Shown: positions 51,809 through 62,577, numbered from the stretch's first letter. The stretch: 64,000 bases of DNA from Candidatus Cloacimonadota bacterium (GCA_963676615.1 OY781092.1:800001-864000), one strand, 5' to 3'. The notes: generated by a model from the sequence alone, not told the origin. Translations and numbers: made by a program.

Positions 51809-53934
51809 TAATATGGGTTGGCAGTCACCCAATCGAAGCTCTCTTTTTTTAGGAGAGGTTCTTTGTCGGCTTCTGTGGGGATATGCCAAATATTCGGGTC
51901 TAATTCTATCGTGCTTGTCCAAAAATCCTCATCCATATTCGGCTCCACAATCCCTTGATTACCTTCATTATAATCCCCACCAACAAGAGTAAAATAAGAA
52001 GCAGACCGGTAATAATTTTGATTTGACACCACTCCCTTTGCAACATTATAAGCATTATTACTAGAGCCATAAGCCTGCTGAGCAGTAAGAGTTATATTAC
52101 TTGTGCCCCTGCGTAAAATAACATTCTTTACAATTTCAGCGTTAGTATTACCTCCTGCGGAGATACTAGCAACATAAGCTCCATTGTAATTATTGGTTGA
52201 TTGAGCTTTTACAGAACCAATTTTCAAAATATTTTTGGTATAAACTCCTGGTTTATTACCCGCATCTCCAACCAATCCTCCAGCGCAAGCAAATGATCCC
52301 GTACTTGAATACGTATCTTTACTTAGAATAGACTGAACATCTAAATAACAATCAGATATTTCTACATCATTCCCTCCAATAGCACCTATCATTCCCCCAA
52401 CATAAATAGAGTATGCATTGGAAGAAGAAATATAAATATTAGTAAGAGCCAAGCGAGTAACTTTAGAGTCTGCATATGCAAGAGGGAAAAATCCAACTCT
52501 ACCACCGTTTACTCCAGAAATACGAACACCCTGAACTTCGTGCCCTTTTCCATCAAATGTCTTTGCTGCTGCAAGTTGGGCAAAAACGCCGCCTGAACCA
52601 TAAGTAGTAGTGCTTGACCACACGAATTGCTTAGCGTCATTGTAAAGAGAAATATCTGTATATAAATTCAGATCACATGCGGATTTGTCTTTAACTTTAG
52701 AAAACATCAACGCTGTGTAAATATCAGAAGTTGTATTATATACATAGTCCGACATATCTGCCTCAAATCCGCGGCGATGGATAAGCTCTTTGGCATCAAC
52801 GCCAGAATTCGTCGGAACAGGATATTTGAAACCTGACGGAAATTCCCAATCGCTAGTTGAAAAAGAGACATCACTCGTCCAGAAATCTTGGTTAACGCTT
52901 CTTTTGTCGCCTACTGCCAAAGCGGCATCGTTATAGTCTCCTGTATATAGATTAAGACCATGTTTAGCTGATGTCGTGAGATTGCCAGTGTAGACGCTAC
53001 TACTAGACCAATACGGATAGTAAACCCAGTAGAAGTCGTTTATATCGTCGTTCCAAAGGGTGAAGCCTGTCTCTACCCAGCCGTAGTTATAGCTTACTGA
53101 CCCGGTATTATATCCCCAAACTCTGCCGAGTTTCCCTCCTTTATTTGGAGCATGATGCAGCTTAAACATATCGAGCATCGATACGCAATTGGTAAGAGAG
53201 CATCCTAAACCGACATAGCCTGCTACTCCTCCCACATAGCTTTCATTATATGCAGTGGAGTAAGCGACGGTGTGTTTACTGGTAATCGTGCCGTTGACCA
53301 CTAGGCATTTTTCGATAGTGGCGGTGTTTTTCATATTCCCTGCGAACATCCCCAGATAGCGCTTGCCTGTCAGGTGGCAGTCTTTGATGAGGCAGTTTTG
53401 GATCGTGCCGCCGTCAATCTCTGCGGCGAGGATGCCGACCGTATCGCCGTCATAGACGACCTTGGCGTTCTCGATGACCAGATTTTTCACCATGCCGGTG
53501 AGGTTTTCGAACATCGCTTTGCCGCTTATCCTAAAGTTTTTAATCGTGTGGCCTCCGCCGTCGAATGTATGAGAATAATTTGAAATCGATGGGAAATTTC
53601 TTCCGCCATAATCTATGTCCTTTGTTAAAGTTACACTGGAATCACCAAGGACAAAATCGAAGTCGTCGCGATACATCCGCTGTCCTTTTCGTTGATAGGG
53701 CAGCACCTTCTCATACTGTATCCACGGAGTTCCAACTGTAGCAGTAGAGTCCGTTTCAACCGCTCCAGACCCCCAAAGGGTTTGCCAGAACTGCTCGCTA
53801 TACATTTCGTCTGCTCCGATTTCCTGTCCGCTTTTATCATCAGCAGCCGCAAACAAAAAGCTCCCGCTAAACAAAACACCAAAGACCAAGGCAGCGACCA
53901 GCACATTTTTTTTAAATTGAAAAAACTTTTTCAT
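51808..53934 (-). CDS. Secreted GLUG-motif-like beta-rich surface protein, paralog A
   Basis: Signal peptide; FDGGGHTIKN, VGILA, YVGGVAG, FDGKGH, YVGGMIG motifs; W..P..L C-terminus. Confidence 0.75.
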   Translation of the reverse strand: MKKFFQFKKNVLVAALVFGVLFSGSFLFAAADDKSGQEIGADEMYSEQFWQTLWGSGAVETDSTATVGTPWIQYEKVLPYQRKGQRMYRDDFDFVLGDSSVTLTKDIDYGGRNFPSISNYSHTFDGGGHTIKNFRISGKAMFENLTGMVKNLVIENAKVVYDGDTVGILAAEIDGGTIQNCLIKDCHLTGKRYLGMFAGNMKNTATIEKCLVVNGTITSKHTVAYSTAYNESYVGGVAGYVGLGCSLTNCVSMLDMFKLHHAPNKGGKLGRVWGYNTGSVSYNYGWVETGFTLWNDDINDFYWVYYPYWSSSSVYTGNLTTSAKHGLNLYTGDYNDAALAVGDKRSVNQDFWTSDVSFSTSDWEFPSGFKYPVPTNSGVDAKELIHRRGFEADMSDYVYNTTSDIYTALMFSKVKDKSACDLNLYTDISLYNDAKQFVWSSTTTYGSGGVFAQLAAAKTFDGKGHEVQGVRISGVNGGRVGFFPLAYADSKVTRLALTNIYISSSNAYSIYVGGMIGAIGGNDVEISDCYLDVQSILSKDTYSSTGSFACAGGLVGDAGNKPGVYTKNILKIGSVKAQSTNNYNGAYVASISAGGNTNAEIVKNVILRRGTSNITLTAQQAYGSSNNAYNVAKGVVSNQNYYRSASYFTLVGGDYNEGNQGIVEPNMDEDFWTSTIELDPNIWHIPTEADKEPLLKKESFDWVTANPY

Positions 53935-55598
53935 CTTTTTTCCCTATTTCGGTTTAATTTATATAATGCCAAAGAATTGTGTCGCAACGATAGCCGTCAA
54001 GGAATTTCGTATTTATGGGGGGTTTTCTCTTATCAGAGGGATTATTCGTTACCTTTTTTTGTCTGAACAAAGAAAGGTAGATAAAAAGTCACGCTGAAAG
54101 CGTCGCGCTTCTCATCCGTGCAAAACAAGAAGTGCCTGGGCGCTACCAACCATCCGTCATTGCGGGCAACGACCCGCAGAGTTTTACTCTCTTATCAGAG
54201 GGATTTTCTCCTTTTCGGGCGTCCGAAAAGAGAAACAGAAAAGGACGCCCGCTTCAAATAGCCAGCGAGGTTTCGAGAGGTGTCCCAAGAGTTCCGTGGT
54301 AAAGAGCACCTCCGCAATTTTTTCGTAGCTGTTTTAGTTACGATAGCCTGCTTTGCAGTTTTTGCGGACGGCTGTTTTTCTCGCTGTCTCTCCCGATGAA
54401 GCGGGATGCCGCCCCGCTCCCCTGCTCGCTTAAACTGGCGAAAGGTTGGCGGCGGAAACCTCCGCTTCAGAAAAGACTAAAGACACGAACTGTTGCCTTT
54501 TGAGCCTGCAACGCTAACCAAAGAAATCCAAAATCTTGCGAAAAATACACGGGAACGACCACACTTTACTCTTTCTGGTGACTCGGAGCGTCTTTTGGCA
54601 TTGAAGCGGAGCGGTTTTCTTTTCTCCTCTATCTTTTCTTTGAGCGGTCAAAGAAAAGATGGAGTCACGCTGAAAGCGTCGCAGTTTTTTTTTCTTATCA
54701 GAGGGATTGTCCGTTACCTTTTTTTGTCTGAACAAAGAAAGGTAGATAAAAAGTCACGCTGAAAGCGTCGTGCTTCTCATCCGTGCAGAGCAAGGAGTAC
54801 CTGGACTTCTGACACCAAAATACGGGATTATTGTTTTTTGCACGAAAAAGGGTGCCTGGATTCCTGCCTGCGCAGGAATGAGGTGGCTCTTAGGCGGCGG
54901 AATTATCAATTTTCAATTGTAGCTTATCAATTGCTTTGGAGCGCCAGCGACAAAGCCTTCGCCTGCGGCGGGCTTTCTCCTTTTCGGTCGTCCGAAAAGA
55001 GAAACAGAAAAGGACGCCCGCTTCAAATAGCCAGCGAGGTTTCGAGAGGTGTCCCAAGAGTTCCGAGGTAAAGAGCACCTCCGCAATTTTTTCGTAGCTG
55101 TTTTAGTGGCGATAGCCTGCTTTGCAGTTTTTGTGGACGGCTGTTTTTCTCGCTGTCTCACCCGATGAAGCGGGATGCCGCCCCGCCCGCCTGCTCGCCT
55201 AGACTGGCGATAGGCTTGGGGCGAAAACCTCCGCTTCAGGAAAGACTAAAGACACGAACTGTTGCCTTTTCGCCTGCAACGCTAACCAAAGAAAACCAAA
55301 ACCTTGCGAAAAATACACGGGAACGACCACACTTTACTCTTTCTGGTGACTCGGAGCGTCTTTTGGCATTGAAGCGGAGCGGTTTTCTTTTCTCCTCTAT
55401 CTTTTCTTTGAGCGGTCAAAGAAAAGATGGAGTCACGCTGAAAGCGTCGCAGAGTTTTTTTCTTATCAGAGGGATTGTCCGTTACCTTTTTTTGTCTGAA
55501 CAAAGAAAGGTAGATAAAAAGTCACGCTGAAAGCGTCGTGCTTCTCATCCGTGCAGAGCAAGAAGTACCTGGACTTCTGACACCAAAATACGGGATTA

Positions 55599-56914
55599 GG
55601 CACCGTCCAAAAAAGTGTGTCTAATCTCCAATTTGGTTTCCATTTTCTTAACTTTCTGGGAACAAAATTTTGTCAAATTTAAATTGATAAATCGGATAAT
55701 TCAGATATTTATCGACCTTGTCCATCGCGACCTTGCTCAGCAGCAGTAGCACAGACTCATCGCTGGGCATCGAGTTCCTGATTTTCAAAACTTTCCGAAA
55801 CTGTTTATTCAAATTTTCGATCCAATTTGTGGTGTAAATCAGCCGCTGAATTCTGTGGTCAAACTCCAAAAAAGTGAAATAATAAACGACATCGTCTCTG
55901 TTTAATAAGTTCTTGGTAAATCGATACTTATCTCCCCATTTTTTCGCAAAATTATCCAAATTTTTCAAAGCAATTTCTTTCGTATAGCGTTCTTGTCCGA
56001 CGCAAAAAATTTCCTTCAAATCGTCGCTAATTTCGCTTTTATCACTATTCCTGACCTTAGCTAATAGACTTCTTTTAAAGTGAGTTACACACTTTTGAAA
56101 TTTCGCATTTTTAAAAACTTTGCTCACCACATTTTCCAGCCCAACAAGGCCGTCAGCCACGACCAATTTTGTCGTTTGCAAGCCTCGCGATTTTAGGCGA
56201 TTAAACAAGAATTCCCAGCCAGCAGCGCTCTCGGTCGGGATATTTTCGAGCGCCAAAATGTCCCGACTTTTGTCCTCTCGGACGCCGACAACCACGCAAA
56301 AAGCCTCCGTTTCAACGCTGTCGAGCCGCCTCAATTTGGAGTGTATGGCGTCGATCATAATAATCGGATAGTTTTTTTCTAGCGGCCTATTTCGCCAATT
56401 TGTCAACAATTCTTTGAATTCTTGGCTGATATTGCTGATGGTCGATTTTTTGTAATTCGTGCCAAAAACATTTGCGAAAACATTCTCTATGTCTCTGGTA
56501 GACAAGCCTTTAGCATATAGCTGAAACGCCAATTCTCGTATTTCTTGCTCCTGCTTTTTCAAAATTTCCAAGATAAATGGATAAAATTGACCGAATCTGT
56601 CGCGCGGAATTTTGAATTGAATTTTGCCGCTGAGAGATGAAAAACACCTGCTGCGATAGCCGTTGCCTTTGTTGTTTGAGCTTTTGTTTTCCGCCATAAA
56701 AGCCTGTCTTTCCAGCTTCATAAGGCTGTTAAAAACGAACTCGATCAATTTATTCGCGCCATAATCATTGACATTTTCGTCTAAAATTTTTTGTAGTTGA
56801 CTTGCGTTAAATCGCATAAGAATCTCCTTTTTTGTTCTTTTTTTTATAAAAATTGGAGATTCTTTTTTTGTGTCTAGTTTTTTTTGCTGCAGACACACTT
56901 TTTTGGACAGTGCC
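55599..56914 (-). mobile_element. IS256-family insertion sequence, copy 2 (1316 bp, inverted)
   Basis: Same TIRs as copy 1; 8-bp target duplication CGGGATTA at 55591-55598 and 56915-56922. Confidence 0.96.
55648..56817 (-). CDS. IS256-family transposase
   Basis: Differs from copy 1 at 3 visible residues (V>I, I>V, K>N). Confidence 0.95.
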   Translation of the reverse strand: MRFNASQLQKILDENVNDYGANKLIEFVFNSLMKLERQAFMAENKSSNNKGNGYRSRCFSSLSGKIQFKIPRDRFGQFYPFILEILKKQEQEIRELAFQLYAKGLSTRDIENVFANVFGTNYKKSTISNISQEFKELLTNWRNRPLEKNYPIIMIDAIHSKLRRLDSVETEAFCVVVGVREDKSRDILALENIPTESAAGWEFLFNRLKSRGLQTTKLVVADGLVGLENVVSKVFKNAKFQKCVTHFKRSLLAKVRNSDKSEISDDLKEIFCVGQERYTKEIALKNLDNFAKKWGDKYRFTKNLLNRDDVVYYFTFLEFDHRIQRLIYTTNWIENLNKQFRKVLKIRNSMPSDESVLLLLSKVAMDKVDKYLNYPIYQFKFDKILFPES

Positions 56915-58009
56915 CGGGATTATTGTTTTTTGCACGAAAAAGGGTGCCTGGATTCCTGCCTGCGCAGGAATGAGGAGGATTGGGGCTTGTGATTTTTCCC
57001 AAGACGCTAAAGCGTGCTTGCCGCTTCTTGCCTTTCTTCCCTCATTCTCGCGGAAGCGGGAATCCATCTCTAACACCATTCTACGAAAAGGGGTCGGGTA
57101 GCGGCGGAATTATCAATTTTCAATTTTTATTTATCAATTGCTTTGGAGCACAGCGACAAAGCCTCTGCCTGCGCAGGAATGAGGGGGTTTTGGGCGTTGT
57201 GTTTTTCCCAAGACGCCAAAGCGTGTTTGCCTCTCCTTGCTCTTCTTCCCTCATTCTCGCGGAAGCGGGAATCCATCTCTAACAGCATTCTGAGAAATGG
57301 GACTGGGCGGTGGTTTTAACTATTACCTAATAACTAATACCTGTCTGACACCAAAATAGAGTCTAATCATTTGCTGCTTATATTTTGGTGTCAGACCTCC
57401 GCCTCGCCCGCTTGCTCGCCCAGTCTGGCGAGGAGGTGGCGTTGGCTATCTTGCTTCATCTAAAACAGAGACACGCCAAAACCAACTACAAAAAACCAAA
57501 AAAGTTGCGATAAGTCACAGACTTACAAACAATTACGGAGGTGCTCTCTTCCACGGAAATCTCCAAACACCTCTCGAAACTTCTCTGTTTTTTGAAGCAA
57601 GCGTCCTTTTCTGCTTCTCTTTTCGGACGCCCGAAAAGATGAAGACCCGTCTGGTAAGACATCATCTCTAACACCATTCTACGAAAAGGGGTCGGGTAGC
57701 GGCGGAATTATCAATTTTCAATTTTTATTTATCAATTGCTTTGGAGCACAGCGACAAAGCCTCTGCCTGCGCAGGAATGAGGGGGTTTTGGGCGTTGTGT
57801 TTTTCCCAAGACGCCAAAGCGTGTTTGCCTCTCCTTGCCTTTCTTCCCTCATTCCATCGAAAGAGGGAATCCATCTCTAACACCATTCTGCGAAAAGGGG
57901 TCGGTTGGTGGCGGAATTATCAATTTTCAATTTTTATTTATCAATTGCTTTGGAGCGCCAGCGACAAAGCAAAGCGGCGGTGGAATTATCAACTATCAAT
58001 TGTAACTTA

Positions 58010-60093
58010 TCAATTGCTTGCCCAGTCGTACTCTTCTTTTTTCAAAGTCGGGAACTCGCCGTCTGGTACATCCAAATTCCAATCGTCAGAGCTCAAGCCC
58101 ATATTTGTCCACAAGGTGCTACTGGGGCTAGCTGATGTCCCTACTGCATTAAAGCCGTTAAAGCCCATGTTTTCACTTGGAAAATAATAATAGTTAGGAG
58201 TGCCATTCGTTCCGCTATTAGTCTGATAAATATAGCCTCCATACCTGGTTCCATCGCCTCCAGCATAAAGTATTCCAATACCATATGCATAATTTTGCTT
58301 AACTGTCCCAGAATTATTCTTTGCCGTTATTCCGCCAAAATTTACGGTACTAAACTCATGCGCAGAAATGGATACATTTGAAGGATAAGAGACGATATTC
58401 TTCGTGACAGAGGCTGCGGAAGACACTTTGCCTGCTATGCCTCCTACATATGATGTTCCTCTAAGACTTGAACTGAAAAGAGTGGATACATCAACAAAGC
58501 AATTTGTGATGCTTCCTGCAGACAACTCTCCCACCAACGCCCCCACATATCTAGTTTCCAATATAGGATAGGACACTTCAAACCAACTATAGTTAACAGA
58601 GATATTAGATAATTCCCCATTCATAGTCCCGATAAACCCAAAATGATCGCCACCGCTAGAATGGGAATATTTAAAATTAAAAAGTGAATGCCCTTTACCA
58701 TCAAAACCGTTACAACTTCTTATTAATGTTGCAGGTCGCGTAGGGTAATTCAATGTCCAAATATAGATAGGTTCTGAAAGCCGAAGATCCACATCTGTCC
58801 ATAAAGTTAGATCTGTAGAAAGTGCATTATCAATAATCTTATAAAAGTTTACATTTGTAAAAATATCGGTCTCCGCTTCTCCAAAATTGCTTCCATTGTC
58901 CAACTCATACCCACGGCGTGGAATTAAATCCGTCATAGAAACAGAACTGCCTTTTGGCACAGGATAAAGAGATGCGCCGTTTGTAAATTCCCAAGCACTG
59001 GCAGACTCATTTGGGTCAAATTGAGACTGATCATCCCAAAATTGAATATCATCAGAACGCTCAGTAGGAGAAAGTGACCCATCTTTGTCTCCGACAAAAA
59101 GATTGCCACCATGTTTATAAGTGTGCCCAGCAAAAGCAGTTTTTCCAACAAAACTTGCCCCTGTGTAATTAGTGGTGTTTCCAGCCCAATACGGATAAAA
59201 TTTTATGGAGTCTGCGTCGTTTTGGTCTAGCAGGGCGAAGCCTGTCTCTACCCAACCGTAGTTGCCGCCTACGGTTCCAGCTTCAGCGCCCCAAATCCTG
59301 CCGAAAGTTGCTTCTTTTAGGGGCTTTTCTCCGCCAATCCTAAACATATCGAGCATCGAAACGCAATAACGAAGAGTAGTGCCACTGCCGACATTCCCTG
59401 CTATTCCGCCTGTGTAGAAGTCTGTATCGGGGCTTTTACTGGTAATCGTGCCGTTGACCACTAGGCATTTTTCGATAGTGGCGCCGCCAGTCATATTCCC
59501 TGCGAACATCCCCAGATACCGCTCGCCTGTCAGGTAGCAGTCTTTGATGAGGCAGTTTTGGATAGTGCCGCCGCTTATCTCTGCGGCGAGGATGCCGACC
59601 GTATCGCCTTCATGGACGACCGTGGCGTTCTCGATGACCAGATTTTCACCGTGCCGGTGAGGTTTTCGAACATCGCTTTGCCGCTTATCGTAAAGTTTTT
59701 AATCGTGTGACCTCCGCCGTCGAAAGTATGAGAATAATTTGGAAGCGACGGGAACTTTCTTCCTTTATAATCTATGTCCTCTGTTAAAGTTGTATCCTTA
59801 TTGCTAAAAACGACATCGAAGTCGTCGCGATACATCCGCTGTCCTTTTCGTTGATAAGGCAGCACACCTTCATACTGTATCCAAGGTTTACCTTCTAAGG
59901 CAAGAGAATCGTTATTAACCGCATCAGTCCCCCAGAGGTCTTGCCAGAAAGTTTCGCTATACATTTCGTCTGCTCCGATTTCCTGTCCGCTTTTATCATT
60001 AGCAGCCGCAAATAAAAAACTCCCGCTAAACAAAACGCCAAAAACCAAGGCGGCGACCAGCACATTTTTTTTAAATTGAAAAAACTTTTTCAT
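58010..60093 (-). pseudogene. GLUG-motif-like surface protein, paralog B, split by a 1-nt frameshift near 59643
   Basis: ORFs 59575-60093 and 58010-59509 together match paralog A; CAGATTTTCAC (4 T) here vs CAGATTTTTCAC (5 T) at ~53480; could be a sequencing error. Confidence 0.8.
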
Positions 60094-60175
60094 CTTTTTC
60101 CCTATTTCGTTTTAATTTATATAATGCCAAAGAATTGTGTCGCAACGATAGCCGTCAAGGAATTTCGTATTTATG

Positions 60176-60640
60176 GGGGGGGGTCTCTTATCAGAGGGAT
60201 TATTCGTTACCTTTTTTTGTCTGAACAAAGAAAGGTAGATAAAAAGTCACGCTGAAAGCGTCGCGCTTCTCATCCGTGCAAAACAAGAAGTGCCTGGACT
60301 TCTGACACCAAAATAGGGGCTTACCATCTGCTGCTTATATTTTGGTGTCAGAAATGAGGGGGCTTGGCGGCTTGTGTTTTTCCAAAACGCCAAGGCGTGC
60401 CTTGGGCTTCCTGCCTTTCTTCCCTCATTCCATCGAAAGAGGGAATCCATCTCTAACAGCATTCTACGAAATGGGGGCTGGTTGGTGGCAGAATTATTTG
60501 CTTGTGCACTTCTCGTCCGTGCAGAGCAAGGAGCGCCTAGATTCCTGCCTGCGCAGGAATGAGGGGGAGGGGGGAGTTGGCGGCGGTTTTAACTATTAAC
60601 TAACAACTAATACCTGCTTTGGAGCGCCAGCGACAAAGCC
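60176..60640. repeat. Intergenic mosaic of palindromic modules
   Basis: 52-bp hairpin (60301-60352), REP variant (60422-60449), reverse REP (~60540), ends in GGAGCGCCAGCGACAAAGCC. Confidence 0.9.
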
Positions 60641-60668
60641 TTCTGCACCTTTTAGCCTCTCCCAAACT

Positions 60669-60950
60669 TTACCAATCTGCCGCCAAATCTCGCCATTGAG
60701 GATTACGCTGTTCAATCAGCTTGACCTTCCAAGCTCTTTTCCACTTCTTCAAGCTTTTTTCTCGTCGCACAGCTTCCATCACCGTTTCGTATTCCTCATA
60801 GTAAACCAGCCGATTGACGCCGTATTTGCTTGTAAAGCAACCGTTATTGCGCTTTTCTTTGTGGAAAATCATTCTACTTTCGAGGTTTCTGGTCGTTCCA
60901 ATGTAAAGCGTCCCGTTTCGAGATGACGCTAGGATGTAAACATATTGCAT
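60669..60950 (-). CDS. Small stand-alone GIY-YIG nuclease family protein, copy 1 (93 aa)
   Basis: YVYILAS..NGTLYIGTTRNLESR, FTSKYGV, AVRREKSLKKWKRAWK, NPQWRDL; AGGAGGAG RBS. Confidence 0.92.
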   Translation of the reverse strand: MQYVYILASSRNGTLYIGTTRNLESRMIFHKEKRNNGCFTSKYGVNRLVYYEEYETVMEAVRREKSLKKWKRAWKVKLIEQRNPQWRDLAADW

Positions 60951-61080
60951 AGCTCCTCCTGTGCGTCTAAGTAGCAAAGCGAGCTGTTTTGGGGAAGTCC
61001 ACTCTTTTTTGTCTTTTTGTTTGGTTTGTTGTTTTTTGCAAAAAAAATGGTACCTAGATTCCTGCCTGCGCAGGAATGAG

Positions 61081-61713
61081 GGGGCTCTTAGGCGGCGGAA
61101 TTATCAACTATCAATTGTAACTTATCAATTGCTTTGGAGCGATGAGCGACAAAGCCTCTGCCTGCGCAGGAATGAAAGGGGCTTGGGCGTTGTGATTTTT
61201 CCAAGACGCCAAAGCGTGCCTTCGGCTTCTTGAACTTCTCCCTCATTCTCGCGGAAGCGGGAATCCATCTCTAACAGCATTCTAAGAAATGGGGGCTCTT
61301 AGGCGGCGGAATTATCAACTATCAATTGTAACTTATCAATTGCTTTGGAGCGATGAGCGACAAAGCCTCTGCCTGCGCAGGAATGAAAGGGGCTTGGGCG
61401 TTGTGATTTTTCCAAGACGCCAAAGCGTGCCTTCGGCTTCTTGAACTTCTCCCTCATTCTCGCGGAAGCGGGAATCCATCTCTAACAGCATTCTAAGAAA
61501 TGGGGGCTCTTAGGCGGCGGAATTATCAACTATCAATTGTAACTTATCAATTGCTTTGGAGCGATGAGCGACAAAGCCTCTGCCTGCGCAGGAATGAAAG
61601 GGGCTTGGGCGTTGTGATTTTTCCAAGACGCCAAAGCGTGCCTTCGGCTTCTTGAACTTCTCCCTCATTCTCGCGGAAGCGGGAATCCATCTCTAACAGC
61701 ATTCTAAGAAATG
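61081..61713. repeat. Three tandem, apparently identical 211-bp units, each with a heptamer run and an inverted REP pair
   Basis: Unit starts GGGGCTCTTAGG at 61081, 61292, 61503; a variant partial fourth unit starts at 61714. Confidence 0.93.
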
Positions 61714-61816
61714 GGGGCTGGTTGGTGGCAGAATTATCAACTATCAATTGTAACTTATCAATTGCTTTGGAGCGCCAGCGACAAAGCCTTCTGCACCTTT
61801 TAGCCTCTCCCAAACT

Positions 61817-62098
61817 TTACCAATCTGCCGCCAAATCTCGCCATTGAGGATTACGCTGTTCAATCAGCTTGACCTTCCAAGCTCTTTTCCACTTCTTCAA
61901 GCTTTTTTCTCGTCGCACAGCTTCCATCACCGTTTCGTATTCCTCATAGTAAACCAGCCGATTGACGCCGTATTTGCTTGTAAAGCAACCGTTATTGCGC
62001 TTTTCTTTGTGGAAAATCATTCTACTTTCGAGGTTTCTGGTCGTTCCAATGTAAAGCGTCCCGTTTCGAGATGACGCTAGGATGTAAACATATTGCAT
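61817..62098 (-). CDS. Small GIY-YIG nuclease family protein, copy 2 (identical protein)
   Basis: Direct repeat of copy 1 including upstream region, offset 1148 bp. Confidence 0.92.
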   Translation of the reverse strand: MQYVYILASSRNGTLYIGTTRNLESRMIFHKEKRNNGCFTSKYGVNRLVYYEEYETVMEAVRREKSLKKWKRAWKVKLIEQRNPQWRDLAADW

Positions 62099-62304
62099 AG
62101 CTCCTCCTGTGCGTCTAAGTAGCAAAGCGAGCTGTTTTGGGGAAGTCCACTCTTTTTTGTCTTTTTGTTTGGTTTGTTGTTTTTTGCAAAAAAAATGGTA
62201 CCTAGATTCCTGCCTGCGCAGGAATGAGGGGGCTCTTAGGCGGCGGAATTATCAACTATCAATTGTAACTTATCAATTGCTTTGGAGCGCCAGCGACAAA
62301 GCCT

Positions 62305-62577
62305 TTATCTAAAGATATTAAAAAGAAAAGTGATTGCAGACAAGACAAAAATTGTTTGGGCTGTTAGCAAGCCGACAACCCACCTAAGAGTCTCATTTTT
62401 GCTATCGGAAATTGCCTTTTCCAGCCTCATTATGTCCTCTTTGGAGGAGATATTGTTTTCAAAAACTTCCTTGTTTTCACGAGCCAAAGTTTCGGCTTGC
62501 TTTTGCGAAAAACCACCTTTGACAAGATGTTTAGTGTATTCCAAAGTGTCAAAAAAGTTCAGTGCGTGCGTGCTCAT
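62305..62577 (-). CDS. DUF1640/CCDC90-like coiled-coil membrane-anchored protein
   Basis: FDTLEY...GFSQKQAE head, SKEDI, C-terminal LRWVVGLL transmembrane helix; AGGAGG RBS. Confidence 0.75.
   Translation of the reverse strand: MSTHALNFFDTLEYTKHLVKGGFSQKQAETLARENKEVFENNISSKEDIMRLEKAISDSKNETLRWVVGLLTAQTIFVLSAITFLFNIFR

Larger units (their letters stand above)
54018..58019. repeat. Large intergenic mosaic with a tandem ~680-bp duplication, interrupted by IS256 copy 2
   Basis: ~455-bp element at 54207-54666 and 54976-55434; multiple REP hairpins (57039, 57248, 57846), 52-bp hairpin (57344-57395), heptamer modules. Confidence 0.9.

Noticed and set aside
54493..55530. Short repeated ORFs inside mosaics (also ~18.5, 43.0-43.7, 45.2-46.0, 57 and 63 kb)
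   Set aside because: Their starts and stops change with module order and there is no consistent RBS, so they are by-products of non-coding repeats.
43720..56914. Composite transposon bounded by the two IS256 copies
   Set aside because: Each copy has its own distinct intact 8-bp target duplication, so they inserted independently.
61081..61713. CRISPR array
   Set aside because: Units are 211 bp and identical throughout, with no unique spacers and no cas genes in the window.
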